Below are positions 54,166 to 64,000 of a DNA stretch of 64,000 bases, in pieces (position 1 is the first letter of the stretch; each line of letters begins with the position of its first letter). This DNA comes from Octopus bimaculoides (Eukaryota), in assembly GCF_001194135.2 (NCBI RefSeq), contig NC_068988.1, forward strand, positions 46,265,421 to 46,329,420, given 5' to 3'. The position numbers and the translations under genes are program-made. Below the pieces are notes generated by a model, which did not search any database, was not told where the DNA came from, and saw only the letters and a program-made list of their open reading frames with translations.

Positions 54166-55684
54166 CAGAACCTATCTAGTGTGTTCTCATCCCTGACGGC
54201 GTACTTATATATCACATTTGTACATAAACAGAATCCTTCCAGAGGACATAATAGAGGGTCTCTACAATTTCATAATTTACAATGGCTACCCTTAAATTTA
54301 TTTCGAGCGCCAGTAACAGCCCTTGCTAGTCTATCCTTATCAATAGCTCCACTCCTCCCATTCCCGGGTTTCGGCACAATCAGAGGGAATGGAGAGCATG
54401 TCCCACTATCATAGTGTGACTCACAACTTGTTTAATCAGAAAACGGGGCTTCCATTGCAGGGATATTTCCAATGTTCTAGCTTATTTAATTTGCTTCTAT
54501 TGAGAGAGGCAATAATTGACACTAGATTAGGCATTCCACAGTAGGAAAACTTAATAGAGGATCTGTTGCAGATGCTATAGTACTTATGGTCTTTAGGGAA
54601 GTTATTCTCCAGGATCCTAAAGAACATCCTGGGTAAATTTCTTACCCTGAGAAAGAAGGGGGGGGCGAACCAAATTACCTCTCGTATTTTGGGTCGTGAA
54701 CCTTTCAGCTTATTTATCCGCAAATTAGCATTATTATGTTTCGTGTATCTATATACTCTATTGTTGTCTCTATGGAACCTGTTTCTAAAAAACTCCCTAT
54801 TATGGTTGCTACCAAAAGATGTACTATCTCTGCTCCGACCAACTGTAGTATAGTCGGGTGGAAGACCTGCCAACTTATTTTTAAACCTTGTATTATGCAT
54901 AAATGAGATTTTTCTTTTGAATCCGCTTGCTTCAAGGGCGTTGTTATAAACCGGCGCATGTTAACTAACAATTTCTACATTTGGCCATAGGTATTGTATG
55001 AAATTCGTGAAATTGTTTTTACTGATGGATACCTGCGGTGTGATGTAATTGTTTCTGACTCATGTGTGGTGAACCTTTTTGGACATGGTGAGCGGAATTG
55101 AATTTTTGCCTGTTGGTACCTGCTGGGTGCCCGTTGTTCGCTCCTGTGTGTGCTGGACTGGTGCGAACTTGCCTTTTGGTGTCTACTGGTTTTGAGGCGT
55201 GAAATCTGCCCGAGGGAGTTGAAGAACTTTAATTCTAAATGGTGTGAAATCACTTCTGTCCTTGTTTTTTCAACCGATAAACTACTTTATGGTACCTCAT
55301 TTCTTCATTTCATTTTATTTTACTATATCGACTTATACGATATTATTATATTATATATTTGAAATTTTTACTTCTTCCGTATTAATTTTTACTTGTATTA
55401 ATTTTAACTTTTTTAACTTCTATGAAATGATATTCACATGTATTGTATTATACCTTTAACTTATTTTTTTTCAGTTCCATGTTATCGGTTGAAACAATAT
55501 ATTCATGTATAACAATTTTTTATACTATATGCTATATTTCTTATTTATTTCTTATTTCTTCTTGCGTTATTTCTTATTATTCCTTATGTTTGACGGATTA
55601 TGGTGTATTTCTTATATATGTTCATTGAGGGGGTGTGATATGTTGAATCGTTAACCCGGTCTTTTTATTCTTTAACTAATATTT

Positions 55685-55723
<39 letters not shown>

Positions 55724-56292
55724 CACATTAAGTACAGGACATCAATGAGAGAAAAATATGTAAACACACGAGAAATAAGTACAGGATAAAATACCACAAA
55801 AAGATAACATGCTCATCAATTATCGAGCGTTTTGCTACTCCTATTTCATGCTTGACATGATAGGAAAACTTCTTAAGACAGAGTCCAAGAAGTTTTGAAA
55901 TATAAAATTTGTTCAGAGTTATGGTTTCGAACTAGCAAACAACAACAGAGTGGACGTACAAAGTAAAAAATCGACGAAGACAAACATTAAGGGCTGTTAG
56001 GCCAAAACGAATTGTAATGGGTAGCGCCTGGGAGAATTTTTTAAAGGAAACAGAATAAGAAGAGAAAAACATGTCGGGAGGTGAGAGAAATGACATCCAG
56101 CCTGGTCGACGTCTTGTTCATAAAAGACAGTGGCGAGAGAAATGGCCTGTAGTTACGTGTGAGAAACAGGGAAGGGGAACAAGTGAGAGGATGAAGGAAA
56201 TAAGCAAAGGGAGTGAGGAGAAGGCAGAGAAACGGAAAATATAGGATTATAGAGAGATAGAGAGAAAGAAAACAGTGTGGAGTCACAGAAAT

Positions 56293-56323
<31 letters not shown>

Positions 56324-56347
56324 TGGTATGTGTCTGTGTATGTATGT

Positions 56348-56380
<33 letters not shown>

Positions 56381-57799
56381 CATATATATAATGTGGTAAA
56401 GCTTCAAGTATAAAAGCTCTAGCGCAGCTAAGAGAGTAAAGATAATTTTATAATAAAAACCCACAGATCTTGTAAATGCAGCTACCCAGGGTCTCCTGAT
56501 CGAAAAAAGAACATTTTATTCCGCCATTTATCAAGCTGAAAACAAGACCGTTTTTCATTTGCACAACTACACACACACACATAGTGTATCTTAGTTTTGT
56601 TAAGCATTTGCATGGGAAGTCTTTTGATTTGCAGAATGAAGGGTAATATAAATAGCAAGATGCAATAAATATCTAATCAAAATATAATCCATTTGAAGCC
56701 ATAAACATTTCCAACGACCATCTAATGATGATGTGCCATCCCTATAAATTTCCTGCAATTTAATGCTTACAAAATGAGTAAAAGCAGCAATTATGGCTTC
56801 CTTATAATTGAATATTTGTTATGGATTCAAAGCTCAAAATACTTGAAAAGGTTATAACCTCTTGGCTAAACGTCAAGTGAATATGAGGGATGCAGTGAGA
56901 ATTCGTGGTTCAATTCTTCAAGTGAAGACTCTATTAGCTGAAGAGTGTTGTCTCTCGAAATATTATTGAGTAATATTGGTCCATGCCCTTTGATGAATAC
57001 AAAATCTTTGAGAGCTCATTTTAAATGCATTTCTGTAATTTGTTGATAATATGAGAGAGATAATATTGTTTCTGCAATTTTGAAAAAAATAAAAGGAATG
57101 AACACTTCTTTCTAAAGTCCACTAATCTGTAATCATTACTTTTTTTGTTGTAATAATGATTTTGCTAAATGACTTAGCTTTGCATGTTTGTCTAGCCTGC
57201 TCCCTTTCCTCTTTCTTGTTTCATAAACATTACCGTTCCATCATAGCTCACAAGACATTTAAAAGATGAACCGTTGTTTTTCACTTGCAATAAGCAACAA
57301 ATAAATCTAAGGTTGCTGCAATTTCTCAGTTTCATCTAGCTCATAAGGGATCCAGTGTTTTAACTTTTTGTATTATGTTGTGATGACATGATATACTTGC
57401 TGTGCAAATTCCAAAGGTCCTCAGCAGGAGCTAGAACATTCGTGCTTGAGCTTTTTTTCACTGATAATGATGGTAATAAACATTCAACATAAAGAACAAA
57501 TTTCAGCCTCTCTCTTAGTTCATTATTAGAATGTTTATTCCTACAGCTATACTAAAGAATTTGCACTATCATGGTATTCTCTCTAAATGTTGAATTGATG
57601 TTAACTACAGCTTGCACAACATTATACTCGAATTTAGTGATAAGTTACTGGGTGAGAGTACTGTTATTATAAGGAACCCGAAATCTAATAATAACAAGTA
57701 TAGCTTCATCTAGATGAAATATAAAAGAATGCAAGTAGATTGGAAATCAGTGAAAATGAATATGCATAAAAACAAAAGATGTTTCATATTTAACAAACT

Positions 57800-58330
57800 A
57801 AAGAAATCTAACAATGAAATAGAAACAGATATACACTATAAAGCCCACATACTCCAAGCAATGTCTACCGTTCAACTCATGCCACCCCAGACTGATTAGA
57901 ATGAATATCCCTTTCAACCTTGCAAAAAGGATTTGTACTATAGCTTCTAATGCATGAACTAAAGGATACACTCATTACCAGGAACTACCCTCCATCACTA
58001 ATTGATATATGCTTTCAGCATGCTGTACAACTCAACATCCGTGAACACAGGCATCCCTATTTAAAGAAGGATTTACAACCAAAAGTCCTATCATACATTC
58101 TTCTTAATAATGAAGCCTTCGACACCATCTTTGTGCCTATAACAAACAACCCAGCTTCCCCTCTAACAATTCAGGGGCGATGCAACCTGTAGTCAGCACA
58201 TTAGTAAAGAGTCATACTTTATCACAAAATATAAACCCCTTTTGAATGCATCCACCACAAATGACACTATTACAAGGGTCTTAGAATAATACCCACGCAA
58301 ATATTAAAACCGATATATTCAGAACTGTCA
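57800..58330 (+). mobile_element. PLE RT C-terminal remnant (different lineage)
   Basis: With frameshifts: TDIHYK..; PFNSCHP..NIPFNLAKRICTIAS; LKDTLITRNYPPSLID. Confidence 0.7.
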
Positions 58331-58726
58331 CTACTCATGAATTTATTCAGAACAATTCCAATCACTACTATTACAACCACAACAGGTCAATTTTAGGTTA
58401 CTTGACCATTTTAGAGGATTCCACTAAGTTCCTACTACTATCATACCACTTCGGCATTCTTCTTCTTCTTCTTCTTCTCCTCCTTCTTCTTCACTGCTAC
58501 CTCCATTCTCAACTAATACTGCTGCTTAAACAATCGAAACCAAGAATTCATATCAAATATTAGGACTACTAATAACTGCTACCTACTACCAAGAACTCAC
58601 ATGAGTAAAAAAGAGAGACAGAGACAGACAGAAAAAGGAAAATGTCCCTTGCATTCGAAAACTATGGAAATATTAAGAAAAACATTTTATTTAATTTTCC
58701 CACAATTTAATTGTTTTTCATGCTTT

Positions 58727-58769
<43 letters not shown>

Positions 58770-58971
58770 CGTGCGTGCGTATATATATTATTTGTACCAT
58801 AAGCGCCAGACCTGAAATTTTAGGAAAGAGGATTAGACAATTACATTGATCCCAGTCACTTAATTTATTAACCACAAAAGGAAGAAAAGTGAAGTCAACG
58901 TTGGTGTAATCAGAACTCAGAACATTGTCTTGAATGAAATGGTGCTAAGCATTTTTGTCTGACATGCTAAT

Positions 58972-59342
58972 NNNNNNNNNNNNNNNNNNNNNNNNNNNNN
59001 NNNNNNNNNNNNNNNNNNNNNNNNNNNNNNNNNNNNNNNNNNNNNNNNNNNNNNNNNNNNNNNNNNNNNNNNNNNNNNNNNNNNNNNNNNNNNNNNNNNN
59101 NNNNNNNNNNNNNNNNNNNNNNNNNNNNNNNNNNNNNNNNNNNNNNNNNNNNNNNNNNNNNNNNNNNNNNNNNNNNNNNNNNNNNNNNNNNNNNNNNNNN
59201 NNNNNNNNNNNNNNNNNNNNNNNNNNNNNNNNNNNNNNNNNNNNNNNNNNNNNNNNNNNNNNNNNNNNNNNNNNNNNNNNNNNNNNNNNNNNNNNNNNNN
59301 NNNNNNNNNNNNNNNNNNNNNNNNNNNNNNNNNNNNNNNNNN
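58972..59342. other. Assembly gap
   Basis: Run of N. Confidence 0.99.
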
Positions 59343-59391
<49 letters not shown>

Positions 59392-61379
59392 TTTAAATTT
59401 GTTTGGGGGAAACATTTTGATTATGCAAATAAATCTCCTGTTCCAGACATTAAATGATGATGACGATATATATATATATATAATGACAATAATACTTGAA
59501 TGGAATTTATAAAAATCTTAATGCAATGCTACATGTGTTTCCATAATCATGTCTCTTAAGATCAGAATCCGTATTCCTGAGAATATACAGAGTGTAGTCC
59601 ATAATATCTGTGGACATTGGATAGATCATCTTCATGGAATCATTTCTCCAGGTGATATAAAATTAATGGATGTTTAACATAGGGTAATCATCCCAGGAAT
59701 ACGGACTGTGGAATCACACATAGCAATGCGTTAAATGTTTATGGATTCCATCCAAGGGTTATTATTACTATATATATATATTAGGTCCTAGGAAGGTATT
59801 TCCAGAGAAGCACTCAACCTGAGTGGTGTGTTATCACCACCGTCAGATTCCAGGCTAATAACAAAATTCTTCAAATGCAGAAAGTCCTGGCTTTATGACA
59901 GTAAAACAGTCGTGTGGGTGTGGCAAAGAGTCAGCCAAAAATGAGCCCAGGCCGTGTCTAACTTAATAGCACTACATGAATGTATATATATATATATATA
60001 TTTCGGAGATGCACTTGCATAGCAATTGACCTGATCTGAGATCGTGTGCTGAAACAAAAACAATTGCAGTGTGGAAGGTGTTTATAAGCCATTTAAAAAC
60101 ACACAAAAACCGTTAGATTCACTTCAACATTTAAATTTAATTTGCCACAATATTTTCACCGGTTTTGTACACACACATACACATACACACACACACATAT
60201 ACATCACACATACATATACATTACACATACATACATATACATATGTATACATGTATATATACAATATGTGTTCGGTCGTCTGTCTCTCATCTTTGTGAAA
60301 AAACGTACAATTGTTCATACCAAATATAGACATATATACTCACACCTTCATACATATAACTGTCCTTCAGTATTCATATTTACACTTACTCACACAGACT
60401 GTAATTCGTTTCTTGATTATGTTTGTAATTAATTATTTATCTCACCAGCAGCAGCTGTGTTTTAATATAGATGTACAGAAACAAGATGTTTAACTTACAG
60501 GCTAATTTATTGTTGTCCTTGCCCAAAATTTGCCAGTTCACAATGTTTATTTGCTTCTCTTTGCATACTTGAATTCCAGGTGCTTCTACTCACCTAGCTG
60601 TCAGTCATATTTATCTAGATCAAATATCTCTAACTTATTTTCTGCTCACCTAGCAATATAACACAAGTGTTAAATATTGATTTGAAATTTTGACACAAGG
60701 CCAGCCATTTTTTGGAGGGATTATGTCATTATGTCATTATGCAACCACTGAACACTGTTAAGTGTATCTCGGTGTTAATTGTCAGTGCAGCATCTTCAAG
60801 GTCCATTGCTTACTGTCGTCCAAGGATCATCCGAAGAAAAATATGAGACTGATTGTATCGGAGTTCTTTAGGAGGCGATGGAGTTACTATAAATTGTTGT
60901 ATCTCCTCATGATGTGAAGATTACTTCAGCCAGTTAGGTATCTATTGCGGGATTTGGTCTTAAAATGGGTCAAGGTTCCTGTGAATTCCTTAGTACTATA
61001 GTCCAGCTTACCATTTTACTAAATTAGAAGAGTATTTTTTTTAGGTAGTCAATTATATTTCTGGTTTATTCCTTCTTTCTTTATTTTTTATATAATTATT
61101 AATCTATTGGTTCATAATTTTTGTTGTTTCCCAAGTTATGTTATATTAAATTAAATATCCTACTTATAGTTAATCTTATTAAACATAATCTGACATTTCA
61201 ACTCTTAAAATAAATAATTTAGTTTTATTTTTGTAGAGGTGTTCACTTAGTTCAAGTTCATTATTTGTTTTTTAATCTATTTAATTCTTATTCAACTTCT
61301 TGTAGTCTGTGTAATGCATTTACTTAAATTTCTTAGATGTATATTTAGATGCATGAACACATCTTAAGTGCGTTCTTGC

Positions 61380-61720
61380 CTATGGTTTTATCAGATTAAA
61401 TTTTAAGGTATAAATTTGGTATAATTCCTCAACACATGATTCACAGCTTTTGCTTCCTCTACAATACAGTTTAGCTCTGCTAATTATCTCCCAGGTAATT
61501 GTGTATATTTTATTATTATCTTTTAGCAACCAAATTAATTTACTTAATCTCATATCATTCTTCTTATTTTTGTTCCTAAACGGTAGTTCGTAATTAGCTA
61601 CTCTACGTTTTATAAAACTAGAACTAGCATCCATGTAGAAATATATCTCTCCTTCTGAAACTGATTTACACATGTAAGCTATATCTTTCATTTTGCAATT
61701 CAATTTTAATTGGCCTAATT
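61380..61720 (-). mobile_element. PLE GIY-YIG endonuclease remnant
   Basis: ORF 61380-61703 LSKLIWLLK...ITWEIISRAKLY...SCESCVEE. Confidence 0.7.
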
Positions 61721-62749
61721 TTCGTTTTGCTTAATCGTAATTATTCCCTCTACTTATTTCTCTATTTTCCTCAATGTTTACTTGGCTATTTACACTATTC
61801 TGATTTTTACATTCTGGATATCCTTATTTAGTCAGTCTCATAGTTTTCTTCAGATGATCTTTGAAGGACAGTGAATGACCGACCCAGAGGAAGCTGTACC
61901 GACAACTAACACAAAAATGCACACATCAGTGTGCAGTGGTTGAAGCCGAAACGTGCACAGATCCAAGTGAAGAATGATGTAAATTATTGTATAATAACAT
62001 ATGAATGTGCAAATCTCCGTTCTTCTGATCTTCATTAATTTCACTACACACACACACACAAGCACAAGGCACGTTATATATAAGTAATAGCTATAACGAT
62101 AGAGAATATTGAGACTGGTGCATCCTCAAAATTCATTTCCTTTTATTTTACAATGCCAAGCACTTAATTTTATGGTTATGACGACCTATATGTGTTTCCA
62201 CTACATGTTATTCCTATTTCGCAATGTACTGGATGATGATAACGCTCCAGGAGACGGCAATCGAAGGAAGACAATTTCAACACAAGCCTCTACCTCCACA
62301 AGACAGAGCAGGGAAATTGCTAAAAATAGCAGCTCCCAAACACCTATGGATAGAAAGCTTAGGGAAAAATATTAGATCGATAGGAATGATGGCAGCAGGG
62401 ACATGTAGCAAGAATTGCAGCGCAATATATAATAAGAACAAGGAATTAAGTATATGCAATTGTGTTAGGAATAAAGTTGATGAAAAACCTTCTTTATCGC
62501 ACGCACACACACACACATATATATATATAGCTTTCGTTTTGGGATTTGGTTTGCAAGAGTCTTTATGTGAGTTCGTGTGTTGAAGCATATTCTGGAGAGT
62601 CATTATCTTTTAGTGCCTTATAATTTAACACACTCACCGGTAAAGTTTCCACTTATTTCTTGCAACATTTTCAAGAAATTCCAAGCCCTGCACTACCAGC
62701 ATCCAAAACTGAATATGAAACTTACAGGGTACACTGGTCCACAGGGAAT

Positions 62750-63430
62750 TTCAATCCCAGAGCCTAAATCAGAGAGTGCACATTACCAGGATGGCAACAA
62801 AGTGCAGACGACTGGTTGGATGGATCCTGAGACCATTCAGAACCAGAGATAAGGAAACCATGATGGTCATCTGGCGGACATTCGACCTCAGCCACCTGGA
62901 TTACTGCTCCCAGCTGTGGTCACCCAACAGTGTGAAATTAACAGTGGACCTTGAAGCAATCCAGAGAAGATTCACAAAGAAGATCATCCCTTTGCAACTG
63001 CTCAGCTACTGGGAAAGGCTGAAACAGCTAAGACTCTACTCCCTGGAGAGAAGGCAGGAGAAGTATGCAGTAATATACATCTGGAAGATCCTGGAAGGAA
63101 TTGTGCCAAATTTTGGCATTGAAAGCTACACCAATGCCAGAAGAGGATGACACTGCATAGTGCCAAAGATCCCAGCAATACCATTGCGCTTCAGGACCAG
63201 TTACTGCAACAACCTAGGTTTCAGGGGCCCACAGCTTTTTAATTTTCTTCCAAAGAGCCTGAGGAACCTGCACAAAGTAGATGTAGGCGCTTTTTAATCA
63301 AAGCTTGAACTCTTCCTGTCGAAAGTCCCAGATGAACCTACCTCATGGCAAGAAGTGTAAATGAGGGTAGCTACATCAAACTCCATTCTTCACCAAGTGC
63401 CACATATTTGAGGAGGCTCTCAGTAATAAC
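62750..63430 (+). mobile_element. CR1/Jockey-group LINE ORF2 C-terminal remnant
   Basis: ORF 62776-63150 GWILRPFRTRD...SHLDYCSQLWSP...LEAIQRRFTK...SYWERLKQLRLYSLERR. Confidence 0.9.
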
Positions 63431-63649
63431 AGTGTAGCAAAACGGCGGTGCATCAGCATGGCTGCAGCTCTCAGCTGAAGCTACAGAACCAAAAAAAATA
63501 ATTAATTTTGAAAACTATTGAAAAGGTTGCAAGATGCAACGAAAATTTTAGAAAAATAAAAAGAGAAATAAGTGGAAATTTTACTGGTAAGTGTGTTAAA
63601 TTAAATGGCACTAAAAGAGAATGACTATCCCCAGACACAAGAGAATATA

Positions 63650-63810
63650 AGGAGTGGCTGTGTGTTAAGTAGCTTGCTTACCAACCACATGGTTGTGGGT
63701 TCAGTTCCACGGCGTGGCACCTTGGGCAAGCGTCTTCTGCTATAGCCTCGGGCTGACTAAAGCCTTGTGAGTGGATTTGGTAGATGGAAACTGAAAAGAA
63801 GCCCGTTATA
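63650..63810 (+). mobile_element. SINE family A 5' part
   Basis: ggagtggctgtgtgttaagtagcttgcttaccaaccacatgg...gtgagtggatttggtagatggaaactg. Confidence 0.85.
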
Positions 63811-63818
63811 TATATATA

Positions 63819-64000
63819 CTAGCAGTATAACCCGACGTTGTCCGGGTGTGACTTATTACGCCACCTACGATAAGTCTTGCTAGGTGAAAATCAACCAAAA
63901 AAGAAAGCCTTACAATGAAAAAAACCCTTATGATGTAAATATGTTCATAATTCAAAAGACGAAATTAATAGGGGAAGTCTGAAGGCTGTTTTGTGTAACA
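63819..64000 (-). mobile_element. Helitron-like 3' terminus (element continues beyond the window)
   Basis: Minus strand: GC-rich hairpin CCCGGACAACGTCGGG (63846-63831), 8-nt spacer, CTAG end (63822-63819) followed by T. Confidence 0.6.

Larger units (their letters stand above)
53480..55050 (-). mobile_element. Penelope-like element (RT C-terminus, linker, GIY-YIG) interrupted by two SINEs
   Basis: PVYNNALEASGF; VIWFAPPF..FP..H.YYSICN..IKFSYCGMPN; NCRDPLLCPLEGFCLCTNVIYKYAV; after the SINEs IGSTKNFKVRYRAH...WSIIARA...KCSLCIRE...CNHK. Confidence 0.85.

Noticed and set aside
54361-54400. ctgattg-tgcc-gaaac motif on the minus strand inside the PLE
   Set aside because: No stem II and no NUH triplet.
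59567-59706. 12-bp inverted repeat tccgtattcctg / caggaatacgga
   Set aside because: No pairing beyond the 12-mer and no TSD; insufficient for a MITE or pre-miRNA call.
61930-61959. Possible hammerhead near a PLE endonuclease remnant (TGTG-CAGTGG...GCCGAAACGTG-CACA)
   Set aside because: The core is degenerate, position 17 is G, and it lies on the strand opposite the PLE ORF.
62109-62583. Overlapping short ORFs upstream of the CR1 remnant
   Set aside because: No recognisable domain and no convincing splice pair.

Overview
AT-rich, repeat-saturated eukaryotic DNA with six assembly gaps, most of them next to (AT)n tracts. The SINE families and microsatellite load point to an octopod cephalopod; this is inferred from repeat recognition, not from a database search. 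No gene could be named. Most ORF-track entries are microsatellite or N-gap artefacts. What the sequence supports: many tRNA-derived SINEs of several families; decayed non-LTR retroelements (RTE, CR1, L1/Tx1, L2-like); numerous Penelope-like element (PLE) fragments; two mariner remnants plus a mariner MITE; a Helitron 3' end; and several unverified candidate exons whose strand is ambiguous. Two observations stand out. (1) A tRNA-headed SINE whose body carries a PLE-type minimal hammerhead ribozyme fold sits at 36559-37033 as a near-perfect 148-bp fold-back with an 11-bp target-site duplication. (2) Two diverged ORF1/gag-only (CCHC zinc-knuckle) units lie in tandem at about 49.9-53.3 kb, with no RT. 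They share a 12-bp 5' motif, and one ends in a tail shared with a SINE. Boundaries of decayed elements are approximate (tens of bp).
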